Virus record (IMG/VR): IMGVR_UViG_3300033073_000489
Location: 1-64,000 of that record
Source: a virus
Taxonomy: Duplodnaviria; Caudoviricetes
Direction: 5' to 3' (one strand)
DNA length: 64,000 bases
The position numbers and the translations under genes are program-made. Of the stretch, positions 56,289 through 63,788 are shown one piece after another (positions within the stretch are counted from its first letter, which is position 1; each line of letters opens with the position of its first letter). Under the pieces are notes generated by a model. It was not told the origin of the DNA. It did not search any database and saw only the letters and a program-made list of their open reading frames with translations.

Positions 56289-57698
56289 TTAGCTAAGGTC
56301 GTAGCGTGGGACCATTACAGTCTTAAGCATGATACCTTCTGGAGTGAATTGGTCCAGATCAGCGGACAGCAAAGCTGTCATGATGCTTGGGCTAAATCCG
56401 CTAACTAGAGCGGCTCCAGACTTGTCTGACTTAACAGGAACGTTACCGCTACTGTTCAAGTTCCAGAACACAACTTGTGGTGCGGTATAACCCGCATCAG
56501 CATACTTGCGTTCGATCATTTCCATTGCGCTGTCGTCGAAACGAGCGCATTGGTTGAACTGCATGTCTGACAAGATTAGCAACATCTTTGGCATGTCGCT
56601 AGCTGGGACGTTACCCTTAACTGCAACGCTTAGGATCTTGTCCATAGCGGCATGCAAGTTAGTGCTCATTTCCCAGTTGCTGGTCGACATTTGTTCGACC
56701 TTTTGAACAATGTTACCCTTTAGAGTAACAAGTTGTGGCTTGCTAGAGAAAGTCAAGAATGTGTCCTTGAACACGCCCTTGTTCTTGTCTGCAAGATACA
56801 AACCTAGTCCAACCGCTACATCCAAACAACGAACAGTCGAACCTGGAACAGATGTTGTCATCGAACCAGATACGTCAACTAGAGGCAGGATACTTGCGTC
56901 ACCTACGTAGTTAGGCAGAGCGTCCCATTGTGCGATCACATGGTCTGTTTCTGTCTTGTTCAGCTTGGTGTAGCTGTGTGCAATGCCCTTCAACACATCA
57001 TGTGGGTAGATTGCTGAGGCGTTAACCTTAACAGTCTTATCACCACTTGTCAACTTGGCCACATACTCTGCGAACGCAGGTGTGTGACGGTTGAATGCCT
57101 TCTTGTAGTTGCGAGCAGCCACAGAAGGAACGTGTGAGAAGTTGATGTTATCCCAGTCGTTGGCACACATTTGTGTTTCAACAACCTTGGTAAGTGCCAC
57201 AAGGCTCTTACGATATTGCTTTGGAGTCATTCCAAAGAACGCACGGATTTCCTGTGCGATTTGACCCTTACGAGGAGTCCACTTTGCAGCCAAGCCATTA
57301 CGAGCACGAAGTGCATCGCCTAGCATAGTGTAAGCGGCGCTCTTAAGAGCAGGAGTAGAGAAGACAAAGATGTCGTCCCAACGTCCCACTTCAGGCGCCT
57401 TCTTTAGCAAAGCCAAAGCGGCGTCTGGGTCACGCTTTTCCAAGTGAACAAGAATGTCACGGAAAAGTTGACGTTCACCCGCACCACCACGGACATCACG
57501 TGCCCATTGTGCGATGCGTAGAGCAACGTCTTGGTTTTCAACATAAGCGGCTGTAAAGTCGCCTACGATGTTCTTACCACGGCTTGCGCCAATGTTGTAA
57601 AACAGGTCAACTGTAGCCTTGGCTGTTGACTTACGTGCCTTCATACCGTTAGCGGTGCGGGCTTCTTGATTTGCTACTGCGTTTACAAATGCGTTCAT
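56289..57698 (-). CDS. DUF2828/TROVE-like protein with C-terminal vWA domain (Ro60-related)
   Basis: WARDVRGGAGER, AAKWTPR, VDVSGSM (MIDAS), LILSDMQF, VFWNL. Confidence 0.85.
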   Translation of the reverse strand: MNAFVNAVANQEARTANGMKARKSTAKATVDLFYNIGASRGKNIVGDFTAAYVENQDVALRIAQWARDVRGGAGERQLFRDILVHLEKRDPDAALALLKKAPEVGRWDDIFVFSTPALKSAAYTMLGDALRARNGLAAKWTPRKGQIAQEIRAFFGMTPKQYRKSLVALTKVVETQMCANDWDNINFSHVPSVAARNYKKAFNRHTPAFAEYVAKLTSGDKTVKVNASAIYPHDVLKGIAHSYTKLNKTETDHVIAQWDALPNYVGDASILPLVDVSGSMTTSVPGSTVRCLDVAVGLGLYLADKNKGVFKDTFLTFSSKPQLVTLKGNIVQKVEQMSTSNWEMSTNLHAAMDKILSVAVKGNVPASDMPKMLLILSDMQFNQCARFDDSAMEMIERKYADAGYTAPQVVFWNLNSSGNVPVKSDKSGAALVSGFSPSIMTALLSADLDQFTPEGIMLKTVMVPRYDLS

Positions 57699-57710
57699 TT
57701 TAATTACCTT

Positions 57711-57769
57711 TCAGAATGTGTTTTTTTTTCGATATGCTTGAAAATTTAAAGTTGCTGTTAACATTCTAT
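57711..57769 (-). ncRNA. ACAGCAA-stem RNA unit D
   Basis: AGAATGT..ACAGCAAC..ACATTCTG, directly before the DUF2828 RBS. Confidence 0.6.
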
Positions 57770-57776
57770 GTTTCTA

Positions 57777-58017
57777 GCAGGATGAGCGGAACAGTTTTTA
57801 TTTTCTGGTTGGCCCCATCCCCTGTATATTGGTTCAGTTCCCCAACCCTAGCTGTCCTTGTGTCTGCGACAGCGCATATATGTCTTTCCATAAGTCAACA
57901 GTTCCATTAGCGTTATGGTTTATACATTTCTGTATTGCCACTACAGCCGTTCCACGGGCCGCCGTCTACTGCATGAACGGTTTCAGTATAAAGTTAAAGT
58001 TGCTGTAATCATCCTAT
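57777..58017 (-). ncRNA. ACAGCAA-stem RNA unit C
   Basis: AGGATGA..ACAGCAAC..TCATCCTG enclosing several hairpins. Confidence 0.6.
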
Positions 58018-58022
58018 GATTA

Positions 58023-58189
58023 ACAGGATCGTTGTTGACTGCTTTTATTAGACTCAGGCCATCACTCTGAGCTTGTTGGTCTATTTCAATAGCAACCTTC
58101 AACGTCTCCAGGCGAACCTTTTGACTCCAGCCGACTACCATAGGGTCCAACGATCCATAGTAATATGAATGTTGCTGATACGATCCTAA
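58023..58189 (-). ncRNA. ACAGCAA-stem RNA unit B
   Basis: AGGATCG..TCAGCAAC..CGATCCTG enclosing hairpins. Confidence 0.6.
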
Positions 58190-58220
58190 AACTCTCTGCA
58201 AGTTGCCTTGCTATGTGTCT

Positions 58221-58249
58221 ATTATAGTATAGATCAAACTGCTTGTCTA
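58221..58249 (-). promoter_or_regulatory. sigma70-type promoter for units B-D and DUF2828
   Basis: TAGACA-N17-TATAAT. Confidence 0.65.
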
Positions 58250-58271
58250 GCCTTTTGGCTAAACTGAATAA

Positions 58272-58388
58272 AACAGGATACTATTCTTTGACGAATGCTC
58301 TACCTAATGAGCTATTTTTCCCTAGCGGAAAAAGATGGAATCGAACCACCTACCTATCGTTTGGATAGTTTTGCTGTGAGTATCCTAA
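58272..58388 (-). ncRNA. YrlA-like Y RNA (ACAGCAA-stem unit A with permuted tRNA domain)
   Basis: AGGATACT/AGTATCCT closing stem; T-arm GGTGG-TTCGATT-CCATC, loop-closed acceptor-like helix, then D-arm TAGCTCATTAGGTAGAGCA. Confidence 0.7.
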
Positions 58389-58390
58389 AT

Positions 58391-58465
58391 TGGAGGTCAG
58401 GGTAGGGGTCAAACCTACCTGTATCCGGTTTGCAATCGGAAGCATAGTCGCTCTGCCACCTGACC
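58391..58465 (-). tRNA. tRNA-Cys(GCA)
   Basis: Cloverleaf, anticodon GCA, U73, CCA. Confidence 0.9.
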
Positions 58466-58471
58466 ATTGCT

Positions 58472-58546
58472 TGGTGGATCGTGTAGGGATCGAACCTACG
58501 ACCTACGCCGTGTAAAGGCGGAGCTCTACCGCTGAGCTAACGATCC
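58472..58546 (-). tRNA. tRNA-Val(TAC)
   Basis: Cloverleaf, anticodon TAC, CCA. Confidence 0.92.
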
Positions 58547-58972
58547 AATATGCTTTACTTCAATCCCGGACTTTTCCAGGAAATTTATTCCGCTATCATC
58601 CCGATAGTGGCTACCAAAAAATACACGAGCAATACCTGACTGATGGATAAGTTTGGCGCACTCAATGCAAGGACTGTGAGTGACAAATAAATCAGCACCC
58701 AAGCCACTATTACTAGACTTTGCCAACTTAGCAATCGCATTAGATTCTGCATGTAATACCTCTGGCTTTGTTTTCAACGAAGTTGTATCATCAGAATGTT
58801 GTATAACATCTTCGCAGTTGTTATCCCAACCGGCTGGCATACCATTGTAGCCATAACTGATGACACAGTCGTCTTTAACAATAACGGCTCCGACTTGCAA
58901 ACGTTTTGCGTGACTTAGCTGAGTCAGGCGTGTAGCCCAATCCATGTATAAGTCTATATACTTTTGCTTCAT
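58526..58972 (-). CDS. cd: dCMP deaminase
   Basis: GYNG.P.G, HAE.NAI, SPCIEC. Confidence 0.93.
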   Translation of the reverse strand: MKQKYIDLYMDWATRLTQLSHAKRLQVGAVIVKDDCVISYGYNGMPAGWDNNCEDVIQHSDDTTSLKTKPEVLHAESNAIAKLAKSSNSGLGADLFVTHSPCIECAKLIHQSGIARVFFGSHYRDDSGINFLEKSGIEVKHIGSLAQR

Positions 58973-59199
58973 ACCCGTTTTAAATACTCTTTACCGACTT
59001 TACCAGCTTGGATTTCTTCCAATGCTGTTAGCGCACTATGCACATGTTCACGCTTGTCGCTTTCGCGATGTTGACGTTTAATTTCACGTGCCCTAGCAGC
59101 CGCAATTAAAACAAGATCAAATCGATTACCGCCTGCGTTTTCTACGCACTTCTCAGTGTCTACATTTGGTCCACGACTTAAAAATTTTGATTGCAACAT
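58969..59199 (-). CDS. rpoZ: RNA polymerase omega-subunit homologue
   Basis: NRFDLVLIAAARAREI..ALTALEEIQAGK. Confidence 0.8.
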   Translation of the reverse strand: MLQSKFLSRGPNVDTEKCVENAGGNRFDLVLIAAARAREIKRQHRESDKREHVHSALTALEEIQAGKVGKEYLKRV

Positions 59200-59218
59200 A
59201 CGCTGTCCTTAATGTTTA

Positions 59219-59247
59219 ATTATATAGCAATGTTTGACAAGTGTCAA
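59219..59247 (-). promoter_or_regulatory. sigma70-type promoter
   Basis: TTGACA-N17-TATAAT. Confidence 0.8.
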
Positions 59248-59256
59248 CATTTAAAT

Positions 59257-59331
59257 TGGTCTCGTAGCCCGGAATCGAACCAGGATCTACTCTTTAGGAG
59301 AGAGCCGTTCTGTCCATTGAACTACAACGAG
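59257..59331 (-). tRNA. tRNA-Arg(CCT)
   Basis: Cloverleaf, anticodon CCT, CCA. Confidence 0.88.
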
Positions 59332-59332
59332 C

Positions 59333-59431
59333 TGGTCCCTCTGGCAGGACTCGAACCTGCACACTCAGGCTTATCTGGCCTGTGCTTTGGCGAGGTATAA
59401 GCTCGCGTCTTTACCATTAAGCTACAGAGGG
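59333..59431 (-). tRNA. tRNA with anticodon TAT (Ile-type) and an abnormal long variable arm
   Basis: CCCTCTG/CAGAGGG, GCGAG-CTTATAC-CTCGC, ~29-nt variable hairpin, T-arm, ACCA. Confidence 0.75.
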
Positions 59432-59435
59432 AAAT

Positions 59436-59513
59436 TGGTCGGGGTGGTGGGATTCGAACTCACGACCCTCTGCTCCCAAAGCAGATGCGCTAACCAGACT
59501 GCGCTACACCCCG
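59436..59513 (-). tRNA. tRNA-Pro(TGG)
   Basis: Cloverleaf, anticodon TGG, CCA. Confidence 0.93.
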
Positions 59514-59520
59514 AATAAAC

Positions 59521-60114
59521 TTAGACTAGGTTAGGACCACATACCCAACCGACTAGCGTTTTTCTTACCCCTTTAGTTACAGGAGTAACGCTGTGCGGTA
59601 TGTATGATGGAAACAAAACCATCTCACCTTTTTGCAAGTTAGCAGAATACGGCTCTTTGCTAACATGAAATAATAAATCACCGCCTTCGAACTCGCTAGG
59701 ATCATTTAACAATATGCTAAAAGATATCTTGCGATTGAAGCCATTTGTATTTCTTAATTGTGTATCACAATGAATATCGTAAAACCCAAGATTTGAACTT
59801 TCGTAAACCGAGTATTGCAACACTTCGGTATAGTTTAAACTGTATCTAAAATGTGTTGTGTTAACACTTAACACAACGTCAAATACCTTTGTGTATAATC
59901 CAGAAAACACTTCCATGTCATGTAAGAACATAACACTGGACCTACGATAGTCTGTGTCTACAGGGTCGTTATCAGTTCTAACTTCCGCCTCTACTAGTTG
60001 GTCCGGAAACGCACTCGCGTAATTTTCAATAACTTTGATCTCTTCATCGGACAATACATTTGGGATCTTATAATCCCATCCGATAATTTGATCAGGTGGT
60101 TCGAACCAAATCAT
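59521..60114 (-). CDS. 2OG-Fe(II) prolyl-hydroxylase-like oxygenase
   Basis: HCD, RKISFSILL..FEGGDL, FPSY.PHSVTPVTKG.R. Confidence 0.88.
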   Translation of the reverse strand: MIWFEPPDQIIGWDYKIPNVLSDEEIKVIENYASAFPDQLVEAEVRTDNDPVDTDYRRSSVMFLHDMEVFSGLYTKVFDVVLSVNTTHFRYSLNYTEVLQYSVYESSNLGFYDIHCDTQLRNTNGFNRKISFSILLNDPSEFEGGDLLFHVSKEPYSANLQKGEMVLFPSYIPHSVTPVTKGVRKTLVGWVCGPNLV

Positions 60115-60701
60115 AAAGAATCCTTATATATAAATTTAATGTTAAACGATATTGATATACGTGTGTTATCAGTATTGTTCATCATAACTGCATGTTCTAA
60201 AAACGACGGAAATAACAACAACTTACCTTGTAGCGGTTTATGTGCCACATACTTGTTTAATAGAATTGAACTTGATATATGTGCAGACGACGGGGACTTA
60301 AATTTAATATCACCATCTTCAACAGTTGATTGATAATAGTAGCAACCAGAGATATCTGAGAATGTATGCGAGTGATAATTTTGATATCCACCACGATCGG
60401 AAAAATTAATCCACGAGTCTGTTATTTTAAAATCAATAACAGGTAGCTTCGGGTTAACTTCTGCAAAATATTGTATCATATGATTACGAATTGCTTCTTT
60501 AAAGATAGGAGTTTGTTCAACAAAGTTCCTAGGAGCATTATAATCAAATGATGACTTAACAGTATCATCCCACGGATTCTTTAAACTGTCGATGTCTAAT
60601 GAACTAATAGCTGTAGCAATTTCTGATTGCACAAGTTTATATTCTTCGTTCTTAACTATATCAGAATAGATTGGAATTGGAAATAAATTTTCTACAGGCA
60701 C
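60111..60701 (-). CDS. Putative 2OG-Fe(II) oxygenase (TIGR02466-like)
   Basis: SWIN, YHSH, SGCYY, FPSFLEH.V, RISISFN. Confidence 0.85.
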   Translation of the reverse strand: MPVENLFPIPIYSDIVKNEEYKLVQSEIATAISSLDIDSLKNPWDDTVKSSFDYNAPRNFVEQTPIFKEAIRNHMIQYFAEVNPKLPVIDFKITDSWINFSDRGGYQNYHSHTFSDISGCYYYQSTVEDGDIKFKSPSSAHISSSILLNKYVAHKPLQGKLLLFPSFLEHAVMMNNTDNTRISISFNIKFIYKDSL

Positions 60702-60717
60702 ACTAGTCTCTTTAAAA

Positions 60718-60791
60718 TGGAGCGGGGTAAGAGAATCGAACTCTCAGCATTAGCTTGGAAGGCTAAGGTATTACCACTATACGAACCCCGC
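60718..60791 (-). tRNA. tRNA-Gly(TCC)
   Basis: Cloverleaf, anticodon TCC, CCA. Confidence 0.93.
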
Positions 60792-60794
60792 ATA

Positions 60795-60944
60795 TTATCT
60801 TCTTGTCACTTTGCGAATTAAAATTAACCAGTAATATTTAATACCGCGGAATGTTGGCATCCAACTAAAGTCAAAGTTGATTCCAACTTCCTTTGGAATG
60901 CTGCCATACGCTTTTTGTAATGTTTCATCTGGTTTCATCAACAT
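60795..60944 (-). CDS. Small hypothetical protein (49 aa, not in track)
   Basis: MLMKPDETLQKAYGSIPKEVG..YYWLILIRKVTRR with AAGGA RBS. Confidence 0.55.
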   Translation of the reverse strand: MLMKPDETLQKAYGSIPKEVGINFDFSWMPTFRGIKYYWLILIRKVTRR

Positions 60945-60954
60945 TCCTTTTGTT

Positions 60955-61029
60955 TGGTGCCGGTTGTCGGGATTGAACTGACGACCTACCGCTTACAAGG
61001 CGGTTGCTCTACCACTGAGCTAAACCGGC
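60955..61029 (-). tRNA. tRNA-Thr(TGT)
   Basis: Cloverleaf, anticodon TGT, CCA. Confidence 0.93.
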
Positions 61030-61044
61030 ATAATCTTACTTATA

Positions 61045-61311
61045 TTAAACAGGATTACCGGTTGCGTCTTCTTGATTAGTCATATACTTTTCAAGTGCTT
61101 CTTTATATTGGTCCTCATTTAAACCATGCCAACCGATACACTTACCAGTTGGGCTACGACCGCAACCGCATTTACCAATTTCGCTTGAATCTTCTTGAAC
61201 TCTTACTTGCACAGGTTTATCCTTTTTAAAAATTCTATCCCAGTTAGTGTCAAATTCTTTTTGACTGATACTAAAAGGTCTCGGGCTATCACCCTTACCG
61301 CCATCACCCAT
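61045..61311 (-). CDS. Small protein with CDGSH-like Cys/His motif
   Basis: CGCGRSPTGKCIGWH. Confidence 0.65.
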   Translation of the reverse strand: MGDGGKGDSPRPFSISQKEFDTNWDRIFKKDKPVQVRVQEDSSEIGKCGCGRSPTGKCIGWHGLNEDQYKEALEKYMTNQEDATGNPV

Positions 61312-61332
61312 AAAATCTCCTAACTAATACTT

Positions 61333-61408
61333 TGGTGGAGGTGACAGGACTTGAACCCGCTACCTTCTGAATGCAAATCAGACGCTCTCCCAGGTGAGCT
61401 ACACCCCC
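61333..61408 (-). tRNA. tRNA-Ala(TGC)
   Basis: Cloverleaf, anticodon TGC, G3:U70, CCA. Confidence 0.93.
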
Positions 61409-61412
61409 AAAT

Positions 61413-61489
61413 TGGTTGCGGAGGCTGGATTCGAACCAGCGATTCTTGGCTTATGAGACCAAGCGGATAGACCACTTCCATACACCGCG
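61413..61489 (-). tRNA. tRNA-Met(CAT), initiator-like (C1:A72)
   Basis: Cloverleaf, anticodon CAT, C1-A72 mismatch, CCA. Confidence 0.85.
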
Positions 61490-61493
61490 ATAA

Positions 61494-61564
61494 TTTTTAG
61501 TATGCACATCTCTTTCACCAACGGAGCCTGTCTTATGTGCAGGGCGCGATATACATACTAAAAA
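61494..61564 (-). ncRNA. Structured insert 5' of tRNA-Met
   Basis: TTTTTAGTA/TACTAAAAA closing stem plus TGCACAT/ATGTGCA inner stem. Confidence 0.45.
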
Positions 61565-61740
61565 TGTCTAGCCACTCCCACCACAGGAGCCCTAAACTGA
61601 GCTGTTACTCTGTCCACACCTTTTTCCATTTAGACGGCTAGTGTTGCCGCCTTTGTGATTTCTCAAGTCGTTCCTAAAGAGAACCTTGCGGTAGATCCAA
61701 TGCACCGTGCTGTTCTCGCTTACAGCAATCGCGCACTTTA
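61565..61740 (-). ncRNA. Multi-hairpin non-coding element
   Basis: TGCTGT/ACAGCA, CGGT/ACCG, GGCGGC/GCCGTC hairpins, CTAGCC/GGCTAG long-range pairing; no convincing ORF. Confidence 0.4.
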
Positions 61741-61773
61741 GTTAACGTAAAAGTGTAAAACGGGGTCTGTTAT

Positions 61774-61947
61774 TTACTCAGCAGCCTTGCGTTCTGCTTT
61801 AGATTTGACAACCACACGCGATGCAAGCTCTGCACCGATCATTGCGTGTTTCCATGCATGTCGATCTTCTGCGTTTCGAAATTTTCCTAATGCAAGCATT
61901 GTTTTTGTTGGCTTGCTCATTTTGTAAGTTGCTGTTGGTTTTAGCAT
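61774..61947 (-). CDS. Small basic protein (57 aa, not in track)
   Basis: MLKPTATYKMSKPTKTMLALGKFRNAEDRHAWK..; AAAGGA RBS. Confidence 0.65.
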   Translation of the reverse strand: MLKPTATYKMSKPTKTMLALGKFRNAEDRHAWKHAMIGAELASRVVVKSKAERKAAE

Positions 61948-61970
61948 TTTGGTCCTTTATAAATAACGTT

Positions 61971-62774
61971 ATGCTTGATTATACATTCCATAGACTGAAT
62001 CACCGCAATAAAACGGAACAATGGCATCAATCTGATAGAGAAGATCAATATAAGACTGAAAATGTTTTCGGTCCTAATATATATACACCTGAATCATTTG
62101 ACTATAAATTTAACAGTTACGGTTTTCGCTGTGACGAGTTTGATTTGCCTAGTGATGTGCCTATTGTATTTTTAGGTTGCAGTTTTACAGAAGGTGAAGG
62201 CCTACCAGTTGATAAGACTTGGGCGTATGTTCTACTAGAACACATAAGAAACAAAACTAAAAAGAACATTCCGTTTTGGAATCTGGCTATATCTGGCGGA
62301 AGCACTGATATTAATGCAGGTGTTCTTGCTAATTTTATTGATCAACTTCGTCCTAGATATGTTTTTTATCTTCGACCACCGTGGATGCGTAGAGCAATCT
62401 TTGTAGAAAAAGATCATCTTCAAAACTGGATCCCTGGCTATCTTGGCTCTCCCCATCCATGGATGCTACCTACACACTTCACAGAAACTCTAATCCACGA
62501 AGATTTTGCAATACAACAAGCTGATCGCAGTCTAACTATAATTGACTTACTTGCAGAAAGATACAACACTAAAGTCTATCACTTTCCGTGGCAATTAGGT
62601 GAGTCTGAAAATGCAATACAGCCTTCTATCAATAGATTGAAAAATTTTTACAAATTATCAGTGCCTTGGTTAGAAAATATAGATATGGCGCGAGATTCTC
62701 TGCATCCCGGACCAGCTACTCACAAAATGGTTGCTGATCGTCTGTGGGAGTTTGATGTGAAACATTTATTTTAA
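61971..62774 (+). CDS. SGNH-like hydrolase-fold protein
   Basis: FLGCSFTEGEG, NLAISGGS, RDSLHPG; TATAAATA at 61958-61965; ATG 61971. Confidence 0.65.
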   Translation: MLDYTFHRLNHRNKTEQWHQSDREDQYKTENVFGPNIYTPESFDYKFNSYGFRCDEFDLPSDVPIVFLGCSFTEGEGLPVDKTWAYVLLEHIRNKTKKNIPFWNLAISGGSTDINAGVLANFIDQLRPRYVFYLRPPWMRRAIFVEKDHLQNWIPGYLGSPHPWMLPTHFTETLIHEDFAIQQADRSLTIIDLLAERYNTKVYHFPWQLGESENAIQPSINRLKNFYKLSVPWLENIDMARDSLHPGPATHKMVADRLWEFDVKHLF

Positions 62775-62775
62775 A

Positions 62776-62852
62776 TGGCTGGCATACCTGGGCTCGAACC
62801 AGGGACCCTTTGATTAACAGTCAAATGCTACTACCAACTGAGCTATATGCCA
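62776..62852 (-). tRNA. tRNA-Asn(GTT)
   Basis: Cloverleaf, anticodon GTT, G73, CCA. Confidence 0.92.
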
Positions 62853-62858
62853 ATAACC

Positions 62859-62948
62859 TGGCGGAGTGACTGGGACTTGAACCCAGAAGCCTGCTTTCGC
62901 AAACCGACGGATTAGCAATCCGCTCCAATACCATTATGGGACCACTCC
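62859..62948 (-). tRNA. tRNA-Ser(GCT)
   Basis: Type II, anticodon GCT, G73, CCA. Confidence 0.92.
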
Positions 62949-62954
62949 AATGTT

Positions 62955-63039
62955 TGGTGCGCCTAGCCGGAATCGAACCAGCACGCCTTACGGCGGGAGA
63001 TTTTAAGTCTCCTGTGTCTACCTATTTCACCATAGGCGC
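62955..63039 (-). tRNA. tRNA-Leu(TAA)
   Basis: Type II, anticodon TAA, CCA. Confidence 0.93.
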
Positions 63040-63045
63040 ATAATC

Positions 63046-63246
63046 TTATATTCTACGCTTTTTCCACGTATAGTCAATACCATCTGGGCATTTTCCATCT
63101 TCGATAGAGTCCGCACCAAACATACCGACAATTTCCATTCCGTTACCACTTATGGTGACAAAAATTCCTAATTCCTTAGCATAAGCCATTGCTTGATCTA
63201 AGTTAACGAATTCTGTTTCTTCTTCTTTGTTTATTACTTTATACAT
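63046..63246 (-). CDS. Small hypothetical protein
   Basis: 66-aa ORF ending CPDGIDYTWKKRRI. Confidence 0.7.
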   Translation of the reverse strand: MYKVINKEEETEFVNLDQAMAYAKELGIFVTISGNGMEIVGMFGADSIEDGKCPDGIDYTWKKRRI

Positions 63247-63297
63247 TGTTAATTTTACTTTCTTTTCTCTCTCATCACAACAATGACGACATTAATT

Positions 63298-63371
63298 TGG
63301 CATCCCGGCAGGGACTCGAACCCCGACCAACAGTTTTGGAGACTGGTATGCTGCCATTACACTACCGAGAT
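63298..63371 (-). tRNA. tRNA-Trp(CCA)
   Basis: Cloverleaf, anticodon CCA, CCA end. Confidence 0.9.
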
Positions 63372-63379
63372 ATAAATGA

Positions 63380-63517
63380 ATTTGTTTACCGCTACACGCT
63401 GTCCAAGTCGTGCGCTGAACTTACGCTTTGTAAGTCTGTCACACGCATCAGGTTCATTAGAAAGTGTCTTGGGCGACTCTCTAATCACATATGGTATCCG
63501 TGTGCCCACATAAACAA
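63380..63517 (-). ncRNA. Structured insert between tRNA-Asp and tRNA-Trp
   Basis: TTTGTTTA/TAAACAAA closing stem with internal ATTAGA/TCTAAT, TGAAC/GTTCA, TTAC/GTAA stems. Confidence 0.5.
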
Positions 63518-63520
63518 AAC

Positions 63521-63596
63521 TGGCGCCCCGTAGGGGTTTCGATCCCCTTACCTCCGCAGTGACAGTGCGGTGCTCTCCCGATTGAGCTAACAGAGC
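63521..63596 (-). tRNA. tRNA-Asp(GTC)
   Basis: Cloverleaf, anticodon GTC, atypical ATCGAAA T-loop, CCA. Confidence 0.88.
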
Positions 63597-63601
63597 TAAT
63601 A

Positions 63602-63691
63602 TGGCGGAAACGGTGAGATTCGAACTCACGGAGCATTTCTACTCGGCAGTTTTCAAGACTGCTGCAATAAACCGGACTCTGCCACATTTCC
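63602..63691 (-). tRNA. tRNA-Ser(TGA)
   Basis: Type II, anticodon TGA, CCA. Confidence 0.92.
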
Positions 63692-63698
63692 GTGTATT

Positions 63699-63784
63699 TG
63701 GTGGAGACGACTGGACTTGAACCAGTAATGCCATAAGGCGGCGGATTTACAGTCCACTGGGGTTACCAATTTTCCTACATCTCC
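63699..63784 (-). tRNA. tRNA-Tyr(GTA)
   Basis: Type II, anticodon GTA, CCA. Confidence 0.92.
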
Positions 63785-63788
63785 ATAT

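Noticed and set aside
57983-58201. Track ORFs 57983..58201(-) and 57716..57910(+)
   Set aside because: They lie on the structured RNA units, have no RBS or recognisable motif, and the conservation pattern is base-pairing rather than codon-level.
57711-58388. CRISPR array interpretation of the repeated GTTGCTG/ATCCT motifs
   Set aside because: Conserved parts are short, spacing is irregular (57-240 nt), each unit is closed by its own covarying stem, and no cas genes are present.
58526-58546. Overlap of the dCMP deaminase C-terminus with the tRNA-Val 5' end as a regulatory device
   Set aside because: A 21-nt overlap is explained by compact packing; nothing else supports a function.
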